DNA from: a virus
Taxonomy: Duplodnaviria; Caudoviricetes
DNA length: 54,420 nt
Strand: one strand, 5' to 3'
Virus record (IMG/VR): IMGVR_UViG_3300025671_000008
Span: 1 to 54,420 of that record
Position numbers and translations under genes: made by a program. Position 1 is the first letter of the stretch, and each line of letters begins with the position of its first letter. Shown in pieces: positions 38,683-47,350 of the stretch. Below the pieces are notes generated by a model. That model ran no database searches. It was not told the origin of the DNA and worked only from the letters and a program-made list of their open reading frames with translations.

Positions 38683-38953
38683 AAGCGGCACTCTCGCAAA
38701 TGGAGAAACCTTTGTAGTAAACCTCGCGGGAGACTCTCAGTGGTTTTGTTTTGAAACCGATATCGCAGGAGTGCTTACTTCGAGCCTAGACAACGCAACT
38801 TACGGCACATTTCTAGATCATACTGGTGCCAACAAAGGTGTCTTGACTGCAAACGGAGACCCTAGAATTCTTCCCCAATATCCGTACATTAAATTCACTG
38901 CGGGGGGAACGGGTGTAATCACAGTATGTGAGTGGGTCCGAGATCCTGCCTGA
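38663..38953 (+). CDS. Beta-rich hypothetical protein
   Basis: 96 aa, TGATG coupling. Confidence 0.55.
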   Translation: MAWMTHKSGTLANGETFVVNLAGDSQWFCFETDIAGVLTSSLDNATYGTFLDHTGANKGVLTANGDPRILPQYPYIKFTAGGTGVITVCEWVRDPA

Positions 38954-39609
38954 TGGCACGAGTCCTCGTCATCGGGGATCTCCACTGTCCTGCGGATCTT
39001 GACCAGTACCGCAAGCATGTGTGCAAGATCCGATCCAAGTGGAAAACCAACCGCACCGTGTTCATCGGCGACATCGTTGATGGGCACAGGTGGGGGCGAT
39101 GGGATCCCACTCACGATGCTCCTGACTCAGAGAGCGAGTACAAGCAAACACTTCAGCGAGTGAAGTGGTGGCATCAGAACTTCAAGGATTCAACAGTCGT
39201 CATCGGAAACCATGACGAACGGTCCGTCCGACAAGCGCGATCAGTTGGAATCCCGGACGGCCTGATCAAGAACTACAACGACGCATGGAAGACCCCCACC
39301 TGGAAGTGGGTGCACACAGTCGATATCGACTCGGTCCGATACTTCCACGGTGAGGGCTTCTCGGGTAAGTACCCCCACGTCAACGCTGCCCTGGCCCACA
39401 ACCAATCAATTTGCATGGGTCATATTCATTCTGTTGCAGCAATTCAATGGGTGCAAAGGCCCAACAATTTTCGATTCTTTGGAATGTGCGTTGGGTCTGG
39501 AATTGACCAGGACCATCCGGCCTTGAGGTATGCCTCTCGAAGCCCAAGCAAGAGCATCATTTCCTGCGGTGTTGTAATTGATGGAACCCCCTACCTCGAG
39601 GTGATGTGA
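38953..39609 (+). CDS. Calcineurin-like metallophosphoesterase
   Basis: GDLH, GDIVD, GNHD, HG, GHIH. Confidence 0.9.
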   Translation: MARVLVIGDLHCPADLDQYRKHVCKIRSKWKTNRTVFIGDIVDGHRWGRWDPTHDAPDSESEYKQTLQRVKWWHQNFKDSTVVIGNHDERSVRQARSVGIPDGLIKNYNDAWKTPTWKWVHTVDIDSVRYFHGEGFSGKYPHVNAALAHNQSICMGHIHSVAAIQWVQRPNNFRFFGMCVGSGIDQDHPALRYASRSPSKSIISCGVVIDGTPYLEVM

Positions 39610-39836
39610 TGGCGAATCAAGGATTGAACCACATTCGTGCAATGGTGGGATCGTTCATTGAAGAAGAAGGTGCCGACGCAGTAGTGATCATCTACAGCAA
39701 GGTGAAGAAGAACAAGACGCAAACTTTCCTCGTTCCATACGGAAACGCACACACATGCAGTGCATTGATTGATTACGCATACGAAAACTACGACGACCCT
39801 GAACCCGTCGTAGAGGAAGAAGATTCTGATGAGTAG
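39609..39836 (+). CDS. Hypothetical protein
   Basis: Coupled ORF with acidic tail. Confidence 0.6.
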   Translation: MANQGLNHIRAMVGSFIEEEGADAVVIIYSKVKKNKTQTFLVPYGNAHTCSALIDYAYENYDDPEPVVEEEDSDE

Positions 39837-40086
39837 TGAATCCCTAAAGATCTCAAACGTGACCGGCATCCTCCAGCTCGTGGTGCTGGTCATTGGCGTA
39901 GGCGGAATCTTCTTTACCTTCGGCACGCGAGAAGAAGTATTGAACTCTCTCGAGAGCGATGTGTCCGAGCTGCGTGCCATCAGCTCCGACCTGGTCAAGG
40001 CTCAGGTCCTTTCGCAGGCCAAGGACGGGGAACACGATCGAATGTTGCAGGACATTCTCGTTCGACTCGCTCGCCTTGAACAATGA
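39829..40086 (+). CDS. Single-TM plus coiled-coil protein (holin-like)
   Basis: ILQLVVLVIGVGGIFFTF followed by heptads. Confidence 0.55.
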   Translation: MSSESLKISNVTGILQLVVLVIGVGGIFFTFGTREEVLNSLESDVSELRAISSDLVKAQVLSQAKDGEHDRMLQDILVRLARLEQ

Positions 40087-40598
40087 AATGCTTACTCTCA
40101 TCGCTGCTTATCGTTATCTGCGTTGGTTGCACAAGTACCGAACGCATCTCGAAGAGCAGCAATCAGATACAACGAGACGCAACGTCAAGCCTTGAACGCT
40201 TCGAGGCCATCGCCGCCGCAGCCCCACCCCCCCACAACGACACCGCAGTGGGGGGGATACAGGAGCAGCAGCGGATCATTGCGACAACCCAACAGATCCA
40301 CACACACCTGACCGGCGTGGAAGACAAAGTACCCGAGTGGATTTATCTCCTTGAATACTTGGCAATCGCCCTCATCTCAGTCGTTGTTCTTCTGATCCTC
40401 TGGTACACGGGGATTGGCCCACTGATCCGAACCATCTTTGGATGGATACCAAGAGCCAAACGGCGAGACGCATCTCTCGCTGTAGATGTTCTATCGGATT
40501 CTGATCCCGCTGACATTCGTGAGTACTTCGCAGCGAGAAGAGCCAGTGATCAGGAGTTTGACAAGGCGTATGAAAAAGCTCGACGAGCAAGAACTTAA
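40083..40598 (+). CDS. Lipoprotein with C-terminal TM helix (unimolecular spanin-like)
   Basis: MKCLLSSLLIVICVG-C lipobox-like signal; TM YLAIALISVVVLLILWYTGI. Confidence 0.55.
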   Translation: MKCLLSSLLIVICVGCTSTERISKSSNQIQRDATSSLERFEAIAAAAPPPHNDTAVGGIQEQQRIIATTQQIHTHLTGVEDKVPEWIYLLEYLAIALISVVVLLILWYTGIGPLIRTIFGWIPRAKRRDASLAVDVLSDSDPADIREYFAARRASDQEFDKAYEKARRART

Positions 40599-40809
40599 AC
40601 AGATTATTCGTTTCGCTCAGATGAGCGACCCTCTGCCAGGTACCGATCTTTGGATCATGCAAGCAAGCGAGTACCTGCATCTCCTCGTGCATCAGATAAG
40701 GAATCAAACATGCTGCACCTCGCCTCAATCGAATCTCTCCTCGGAAGCATCTGGTTTGCAGGACTCACCTGCGTTGTTGGCTACATCGGAGGATGCGTCT
40801 TCCCCGTGA
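40570..40809 (+). CDS. Hypothetical protein
   Basis: MKKLDEQELKQ; overlaps both neighbours. Confidence 0.4.
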   Translation: MKKLDEQELKQIIRFAQMSDPLPGTDLWIMQASEYLHLLVHQIRNQTCCTSPQSNLSSEASGLQDSPALLATSEDASSP

Positions 40810-40835
40810 GCAAGTTGAAGAGCAAGATCGACTGA
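40710..40835 (+). CDS. 41 aa single-TM protein
   Basis: AAGGA RBS; LLGSIWFAGLTCVVGYIGGCVF. Confidence 0.55.
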   Translation: MLHLASIESLLGSIWFAGLTCVVGYIGGCVFPVSKLKSKID

Positions 40836-40860
40836 GAAAAGCGTTCGATCAAACGCTCCA

Positions 40861-40920
40861 GGCCCGCCCCCGCTTCGCGTAGGGCGGGCCTTTCGCGTCC
40901 ATGCTCTCCCTTGGTATAGT
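40861..40920 (+). promoter_or_regulatory. Hairpin plus extended -10-like element
   Basis: GGCCCGCCC...GGGCGGGCC then TTT; TGGTATAGT at 40912. Confidence 0.45.
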
Positions 40921-40962
40921 GTATTCATTCCCCCCCCACCTTCTTTCCCACCGGAGTCCTGC

Positions 40963-41265
40963 ATGCTTGACAAGATGAATGCTCTTGACCACGTTCGTGA
41001 CGACGATCCTGATCCTGCAATGCACGCAGCGATGAACCTGGATCCCGACGCCCTCATCCCTGAGCTGCTCGGTCACGTCGAAGCCATGATCGAAATCTCA
41101 AACCGTGCTGCATTCGTTGCGCAAGATCTGCACATGCTCGTGAAAGGAATCTCCGATGCCACCGGCTCTCCCATCCCTGAAGCCCCCTGCCACTATGGGG
41201 AAAGACGCCGCGGACTTTCTCAGGGCACATCAGATTCTCCCGATCAGTCCGCCTGTCCGTTCTAG
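40963..41265 (+). CDS. Hypothetical protein
   Basis: GGAG RBS. Confidence 0.55.
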   Translation: MLDKMNALDHVRDDDPDPAMHAAMNLDPDALIPELLGHVEAMIEISNRAAFVAQDLHMLVKGISDATGSPIPEAPCHYGERRRGLSQGTSDSPDQSACPF

Positions 41266-42454
41266 TGATTATCGATTGTGCATGAGTGATCCGTTCACGT
41301 ACTACATGGCAAGGCGTTTAGGTGTCGTGCCGGCACTCTCTCACTCCCCTGCCTTGAACCGTGGTACATGGATGCACCTCAGGTTCCAGCACTTTGATCT
41401 ACCGCAGGCCCGACTCAACTCTCTGATGGATCACCACCTCGGCAAGAGGATGGAGGAGTTGACTGAAACGTGTAAAGACCTGGGGATTCAAAGCGAAGGT
41501 CGGGCCAAGGTCATGACTCGAGAGGAGAAGGACTTCAGCTGCTCACTAGGTTGGTACGAAGCAGCGAAGACGGTCGAGTGCTATCAAGGCCAGTCATTCG
41601 AAGAGTTCCTGCTCTCTCCTCACTGGCACCGCATGGGCACGGAGTATCGCCTGGTCACATCGATCAAGACCAACAACCGTTCAAAGCCAATCAAGTGTGT
41701 CACTCAACCTGACCTTCTGCTCTACCACAAGGGGCAGAACTCGGTATGGATTCTCGATCTTAAGACGACAGCCATGGACCCGAAGAAGAGAGCGATGGGA
41801 ATTCCCATCGACTTCCAAACTGAGCATTACATGTTCAGCGTCCAAGCGTTGCTCGAGACAGGAGATCTCCAGCGGGCATTCAATCTGCCCAGCGATTGCA
41901 AGCTGGGGGGAATGATGCACCTGATCATTCGAAAGCCAAGCATTGAGTTCGGCCTGAAGGATCGGGAATTCACCATCGATACCTCACCACTCAAGAGCGG
42001 GCCTCGCAAGGGCCAGCCTCGGATGGTGAAGAACTACGAAGGTGAGCCTCGCCTAGACAACTACATTCAGCGGTGTGCTGACTGGTACCACGCGACTGGG
42101 GACTACATCGACAAAGCAGCAGAGTGGGAAGAGTCTCCACCCGTAGGCATTTCCTTCACTTCGGCTTCACTGGTCCTTGACGAGGGTATCCAAATGCGAT
42201 ACCGTAGTCGTGTACGGCTGATTCAGCGATACGCATCGGACCTCGAGGCCCACCCCTCCAACTTCCCGATGTCTGACTCACCGTTCACTCGAGCGGATTT
42301 GTGTACATATTCACCCTTCATGCTCTCCCCGGTCGGAGAGTGGCCAGGCCTGATTCAGCAGGAAGGCTTTGTGGTCCGTCGTCGAGACGAACCCATCCCC
42401 GAAGACATCGAGTTCGATGTGATACGGGAACCGGAATCGGAATTTACTGATTGA
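41156..42454 (+). CDS. PD-(D/E)xK exonuclease (RecB/Cas4-like fold)
   Basis: LNRGTWMH, E...QPDLL...ILDLKTT...FQTEHY. Confidence 0.8.
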   Translation: MPPALPSLKPPATMGKDAADFLRAHQILPISPPVRSSDYRLCMSDPFTYYMARRLGVVPALSHSPALNRGTWMHLRFQHFDLPQARLNSLMDHHLGKRMEELTETCKDLGIQSEGRAKVMTREEKDFSCSLGWYEAAKTVECYQGQSFEEFLLSPHWHRMGTEYRLVTSIKTNNRSKPIKCVTQPDLLLYHKGQNSVWILDLKTTAMDPKKRAMGIPIDFQTEHYMFSVQALLETGDLQRAFNLPSDCKLGGMMHLIIRKPSIEFGLKDREFTIDTSPLKSGPRKGQPRMVKNYEGEPRLDNYIQRCADWYHATGDYIDKAAEWEESPPVGISFTSASLVLDEGIQMRYRSRVRLIQRYASDLEAHPSNFPMSDSPFTRADLCTYSPFMLSPVGEWPGLIQQEGFVVRRRDEPIPEDIEFDVIREPESEFTD

Positions 42455-42583
42455 ACTCTGACTGTTTCATCCTGGACTGCTGCACCGCTGTGGACTCCAC
42501 GACTCCCCTCACCCTTGAGGAGGTCGCCCTTCAGTACGGCGTGTCTCGGGATACGGTTTTAATCACAGCAATGGAACAAGAAG

Positions 42584-42934
42584 ATGAATGAGATCAATAA
42601 GGAAATCGCGTTCCAAGTGATCCTTCCGAAGCTCCAACTGATTTGCAGCAAGGAAGAGATCAAGAGCGTGCCCGAGCTTCGCAAGAAGTTTAACTCCACC
42701 TACGAAGAGTCGATCTCCGCTGCGAAGTTCCAGGAGTGGATCGATCTCCTCGAAGTGAAGTTCACAAAGAAGGTCGTGATCGAATGGCCCGCAGGGGCCC
42801 GGCCCGCCGGGCAGCCCCCAGCGGTCCCTCAGGATGACGACTTGGAAGAGCAGCAGGATGAACTTGCTGATGACTTCCCCCCCACTCCAGCCTCAGCAAT
42901 GCGTATGGACGCATTCAACCAGATGTCGCAATGA
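42584..42934 (+). CDS. Hypothetical protein
   Basis: 116 aa coupled ORF. Confidence 0.65.
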   Translation: MNEINKEIAFQVILPKLQLICSKEEIKSVPELRKKFNSTYEESISAAKFQEWIDLLEVKFTKKVVIEWPAGARPAGQPPAVPQDDDLEEQQDELADDFPPTPASAMRMDAFNQMSQ

Positions 42935-43833
42935 CTCATACAACCTTTCAGGGAGAACCCATGGGTTTTAAAACACTCGGTTTTTCAGGGCAGCGAATGC
43001 AGTACCCACTCAATTCCATGTTTGGAATGGTCGTGGGCGAACAGAACACGGGGAAGAGCTACCTCTTCCAAAGCAATCCCGATGCGTTCATCTTCAATCT
43101 TGATCTCTCCAGCACGGTGATCCCCACTTGTGCTGCGACCATCTGGCCCGGCGTGAATGCCGAAGGCAGACCCATCGATGTGAATGGAGCATTGATCAAG
43201 CTGCAATGGGAAGACGTACTCGAGAAGAAGAAGCAGCTGATTCAAATGGCTTCTGCTGATCAGCCTCGACCCAAGTGCGTGGTCTTCGACACCATCACTC
43301 CGATGAGCCGCATGCTCAAACCATGGGTTGCAAAGCAGATGGGCAAAGCCCAGTTCTCACAACTGCACGGGCCTGCCGCTTACGACAAACTTTTTGAAGA
43401 GATCCTTCAGATCGCTTTCGATCTTCGCCAGGCAGGTTACGGCGTGTGGTTCATCGCACACCTGTCGAAGGAGTTCGTGCAGATCAGCGAGGACTCTTCC
43501 ACCAAGCAAACGGAACTCATCCTCAACCTCTCGCAGGGGATGAACCGCAGACTTACTCCCGCTGTCGAGATGATCGCTCCGATCTGTTGCGACGTTGTAA
43601 CTGAGATGGTCCCACGAACCAAGACCATCAAGTTGTCCAACGGCACCACGAAAGAGCAGACCGTTCACGACACGCTTACTGCCTACAAGCGGAAGATCGC
43701 GTTCAGTGATCCTCGGTTTGCAGGACTCATTCGTACTCGAACCGTCAATCGAATGAGTGATATTCCCCTCGACGGTAAATCCCCCTGGTCCGCTTTTGAA
43801 ACCGCGTTCAACGACGCCAACAAGGAATCTTGA
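42931..43833 (+). CDS. Sak4-like AAA_24 ATPase/recombinase
   Basis: GEQNTGKS, VVFDTIT, WFIAH; between exonuclease and SSB. Confidence 0.75.
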   Translation: MTHTTFQGEPMGFKTLGFSGQRMQYPLNSMFGMVVGEQNTGKSYLFQSNPDAFIFNLDLSSTVIPTCAATIWPGVNAEGRPIDVNGALIKLQWEDVLEKKKQLIQMASADQPRPKCVVFDTITPMSRMLKPWVAKQMGKAQFSQLHGPAAYDKLFEEILQIAFDLRQAGYGVWFIAHLSKEFVQISEDSSTKQTELILNLSQGMNRRLTPAVEMIAPICCDVVTEMVPRTKTIKLSNGTTKEQTVHDTLTAYKRKIAFSDPRFAGLIRTRTVNRMSDIPLDGKSPWSAFETAFNDANKES

Positions 43834-43834
43834 A

Positions 43835-44368
43835 ATGAGTATCAACAACGCCGCCCTCTCTGCTTTCAACTCCGAGATGAAGACTCTCTCTGCCGATACC
43901 GACGGCGGGTACAACTCGTGGTTCCCCGATGAGGGCATGTACGACTGCACCATCAACGGGATCTACCTTGGCGAATGCACCGCCAAGGAGTGGATCGACA
44001 ACGAGCCGAAGGAACACGACGGCATCCTCGTGAAGTTCAACTACACGCTTCTGGATGATCCCGGTTCGCCTGACAACCCTCGATCTTTTGATGGTTCTCC
44101 CTTCATCCTCCCGGCTGGTGGAGCATCTGCCTACTCCTCGGAGAAGGCACAGAAGCAGCTCGAGCGCACGCTCAAGCGTCTCAAGGGCCACCTCTGCGTG
44201 ATGCTCGACATGAGCGATATCCCTGACGTTTCCGCTGCTGTTTCAGAAGTCGAGAGCAGGCTTCAGACCGAGTCGATTCTCGCCAAGGTCAAGTGCAGCT
44301 CCTACACCAATCCGACCTCGGGCAAGACGTACCACACCGAATACGTGAATTCTCTGCTCGGTGTTTGA
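43835..44368 (+). CDS. ssb: Putative ssDNA-binding protein (DUF669-like)
   Basis: FPDEGMYDCTI motif; follows Sak4-like gene. Confidence 0.65.
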   Translation: MSINNAALSAFNSEMKTLSADTDGGYNSWFPDEGMYDCTINGIYLGECTAKEWIDNEPKEHDGILVKFNYTLLDDPGSPDNPRSFDGSPFILPAGGASAYSSEKAQKQLERTLKRLKGHLCVMLDMSDIPDVSAAVSEVESRLQTESILAKVKCSSYTNPTSGKTYHTEYVNSLLGV

Positions 44369-44422
44369 GGTTCATCATGGGAAGGTTGAATCCTTACCTT
44401 AGAGACTTTCCCCCCCACTTCC

Positions 44423-44509
44423 GTGCTTGGGGTTGCCTATCACGCACCCCAAGCACTTCATCTCTTTCTCCTCCTCCGCGCTACCTCCTTCTTCACGAGG
44501 GAGGTAGTG
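44423..44509 (+). promoter_or_regulatory. Two intergenic hairpins
   Basis: GTGCTTGGGGT...ACCCCAAGCAC; GCTACCTCCT...GGGAGGTAGT, which would sequester the next RBS. Confidence 0.5.
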
Positions 44510-44513
44510 TTTA

Positions 44514-45044
44514 ATGGCTATCAGCATTCCCACATGGGCCAACCTTGGCCCTGTAAAAATTGCTGAAGGGCCAGGCCAACCCGTTCGCGTTCGTATCTCG
44601 ACGGGCCTTGGACGAATTCCAACGCCTGCGATTGATGAACTCGAGATCTCGCCAAACAAAGGATTCACCTCCCTTATGGGATTCCTCTGTTTGGTTCGAG
44701 AGCCACACCTCGGTGGGACTAGGTGGTGGCTCTGCGGCTCATGGATGCTGTTTCAATCAACCGCTGATTGGGATACCCACGAGCTGCTCTTAAGGGAGTC
44801 GGAGCCTACCGAGTGTGACTTTCAGGGGTTGTCGGAGCCCCTCAAATTATCCACTCGGTGGGCCGACTCCTGTTTTAAGTTCCTGGACTTTCGAGTTCAG
44901 CACCCCCACATGAAAGAACTCATTGAACACATGGGCGACCCCCACGGTGAAGGATCTCAATTCTTTAATCGCCTTCTTCCAGGTCGTCTCCCATGTGCGT
45001 TGCGTTGCACCCCCCAACACTGGCAAGTTTGGATACAGCTATGA
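44514..45044 (+). CDS. Hypothetical protein
   Basis: GGAGG RBS, 176 aa. Confidence 0.6.
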   Translation: MAISIPTWANLGPVKIAEGPGQPVRVRISTGLGRIPTPAIDELEISPNKGFTSLMGFLCLVREPHLGGTRWWLCGSWMLFQSTADWDTHELLLRESEPTECDFQGLSEPLKLSTRWADSCFKFLDFRVQHPHMKELIEHMGDPHGEGSQFFNRLLPGRLPCALRCTPQHWQVWIQL

Positions 45045-45343
45045 AATTTCCAAAGGACAAGATTGAGACAGATGAAGACGGCAATCTGCTCTTCATTTAC
45101 ATGGACAAAGACACGCAGAACTGGGCGTGTTGCAAGATCGGCACACTCGTGGACTGTTCCACAAGTGGATACGCGATGTTGCATTTCAAAACGCCTGTCA
45201 AAGCTGACGTAAGAAGTTCAGATGTTTATCTGAATGGCTCGTACCGCTCTCGAGGCAAAGAACACATCGTCGTTGTCCCCGTTGAACCACAGTCACCCCC
45301 CGAACCCAGCCTGTTTCGATCAGGCGGCATCTCTCTCGATTGA
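45041..45343 (+). CDS. Hypothetical protein
   Basis: ATGA coupling, MKFPKDKI. Confidence 0.6.
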   Translation: MKFPKDKIETDEDGNLLFIYMDKDTQNWACCKIGTLVDCSTSGYAMLHFKTPVKADVRSSDVYLNGSYRSRGKEHIVVVPVEPQSPPEPSLFRSGGISLD

Positions 45344-45353
45344 AAGGAATCAG

Positions 45354-45728
45354 ATGCAACTCTCAGCACTCTCTCACTACCCATTGGTAAAGCATCTCGA
45401 AGATAACCTCATGCAGGATCTTCGAAAGAGCGATCCCTACTCGTACCGAATCATTCAGTATCTGCTGACGTATCACCGTTTGGGCAGCGACTACATGATG
45501 TACGACCTTCAATCGAAAACTTCAGAGCTTGTGTCCGATCTGCTTGAAGACAGCAACGACTACCTGCAAAAGAACGCTGACCTCATCGAGCAAGTCGCTG
45601 ATCTCGAGACAGATAAGTCCTGCATGGAGCAGGAAATGAATTGCTTGAAGGAAGCACTGGAAGAGAACAAGCAGGTCGTTCTCAAGGAACGACAGAACTT
45701 TCCCACCCTTACGGAGGATCTCTGCTGA
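45354..45728 (+). CDS. Coiled-coil hypothetical protein
   Basis: AAGGA RBS, MQLSALS. Confidence 0.6.
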   Translation: MQLSALSHYPLVKHLEDNLMQDLRKSDPYSYRIIQYLLTYHRLGSDYMMYDLQSKTSELVSDLLEDSNDYLQKNADLIEQVADLETDKSCMEQEMNCLKEALEENKQVVLKERQNFPTLTEDLC

Positions 45729-46735
45729 TGGCACACGGAATCACTGAAACCGACGGGCTCGTACTTCACAAGACACGAGCATGGCACGGCCTCGGCACTG
45801 TTGTCGAAGACGCCCCCACCCCGGCCCAAGCCCTGGAACTCGCAGGACTCAACTGGAAGGTGGGCTTCACCAACGGAGTGGGGGGGACAACAGAAGATGT
45901 TCCCGTCCACACCAGAGACTGGAAGCTGGTCGTTCGTGAGGACAACAACGAAGTTCTTGGTTGCGTCAGCAAGAACTACTCGGCCATTCAGAATGAGATG
46001 CTGTCCGACTTCGCGTCTGCTCTGGCAGCAGAAGACGACATCGTCAAGGTCGAGAGTGCCGGCAGTCTCTTCGGAGGCCGTCGTATCTTCTACCTGCTGA
46101 AGAGCGAGTCGTTCAACATGGCCGATGATCGAGATGAAGTTGTCCCGTACATCCTGTTGTCGAACAGTCATGATGGCTCCTTGTCGTTCTCTGCCCGACC
46201 CACCTCCATCCGTGTGGTGTGCAACAACACTCTCACCTGGGCTCTCGAGAGTGGAGGCAAGAACATCTTCCGTCTCAAGCACACCAAGAACCTACTGGCC
46301 AATGTGGATCAGGCCCGCAAGGCACTCAAGCTTTACAGCAAGGGTGTGCCTGTGTTCCAGAATCAGTGCCGGCAACTCAACGCCAAGCCTCTTCGCGGTG
46401 AAGATACAAATCGCTACTTCAAGCAGATGTGGCAAGTGCTGAACGGTCCCGTCGACAAGCGTGGGTTCACGAAGGATGAAATCACCACTCGCGAAGTCAT
46501 CAGGAATGATTGGGCACGCAACAAGTGTGGCCTTCTTACATACCACTGTGATCGCGATCGACTTGCCCCTACTGTTTGGACCGGATTCAATGCCATCACT
46601 GAAGACGAGCAAGAGTCGTACAGCACCTCGCCAGACCGTAACCTCAGTTCCAAGCTCTTCGGAGCAGGGGAAGACAAGACCAACAAGCTCTGGAACGCGA
46701 CGCTCAAAATCGCAGACCAGTTCGCGACAGCTTGA
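45728..46735 (+). CDS. DUF932/DUF945-like protein
   Basis: AWHGLG...ALELAGLNW...LGCVSKNY..IQN...SNSHDGS...IRVVCNNTL. Confidence 0.85.
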   Translation: MAHGITETDGLVLHKTRAWHGLGTVVEDAPTPAQALELAGLNWKVGFTNGVGGTTEDVPVHTRDWKLVVREDNNEVLGCVSKNYSAIQNEMLSDFASALAAEDDIVKVESAGSLFGGRRIFYLLKSESFNMADDRDEVVPYILLSNSHDGSLSFSARPTSIRVVCNNTLTWALESGGKNIFRLKHTKNLLANVDQARKALKLYSKGVPVFQNQCRQLNAKPLRGEDTNRYFKQMWQVLNGPVDKRGFTKDEITTREVIRNDWARNKCGLLTYHCDRDRLAPTVWTGFNAITEDEQESYSTSPDRNLSSKLFGAGEDKTNKLWNATLKIADQFATA

Positions 46736-47099
46736 GTCGAAGTACAAGCTTCTTCCATTCATCAATGAGAAGATTGGGTATCCCCCTCAGTTGGGGAAAT
46801 CAAAGCTTGATGTCTTCAGCAAGGTGATCTGGTTGGGCCTAGTCAAGGAGTTGTATCCCGAGCTGACCTATCCAGGTATCGCCGAGTACCTTGGCTTGAA
46901 GAGCCACTCATCGGTCCACGGCTGGCACAGACAATGGCTCTGCCTGCCTTGGACTGATCGGTTCTACTGGCTCATGTTCATCACTCGACATCCCGATGCC
47001 AACCCTGAGCAGGCAATCAAGGATGGGATGAACAACATCACTGGGGTTAAGTATGTGCCCCAAGATCAAGCTTCACCAGTGTCTCGTTTCGAGTCTTAA
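46731..47099 (+). CDS. HTH protein (DnaA domain IV-like); start uncertain
   Basis: KELYPELTYPGIAEYLGLKSHSSV; no obvious start codon at the gene boundary. Confidence 0.5.
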   Translation, partial: LESKYKLLPFINEKIGYPPQLGKSKLDVFSKVIWLGLVKELYPELTYPGIAEYLGLKSHSSVHGWHRQWLCLPWTDRFYWLMFITRHPDANPEQAIKDGMNNITGVKYVPQDQASPVSRFES

Positions 47100-47350
47100 A
47101 TCAGCCGGGGGCTAGGCAGCGCGTAACCAGACTGGGGCTGATTAAGTTACAGCCTGCCTGGATAGACGCACCTAGTCCCCGTTTCTGCTTCCGGGGTCAT
47201 GGCCCCAGACATGGGGGTGGGAGCGTGATGACCCCGGATACTGATTCAATACGGGCGATTTCGGGGTCATGGCTTTTAGCGAGTTAAAGGATAGGTGCCG
47301 GTCCGGGACGGGTAACCACAGGCACCCTTGGTGGCCCCGTCTAGTTTTAA

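Noticed and set aside
41156-42454. CRISPR-associated Cas4 or CRISPR array
   Set aside because: No repeat-spacer array or cas genes seen; context is exonuclease-Sak4-SSB recombination.
42451-42591. 46-codon ORF with HTH-like TLEEVALQYGVSRDTV
   Set aside because: TTG start, very short and HTH appears truncated; insufficient support.
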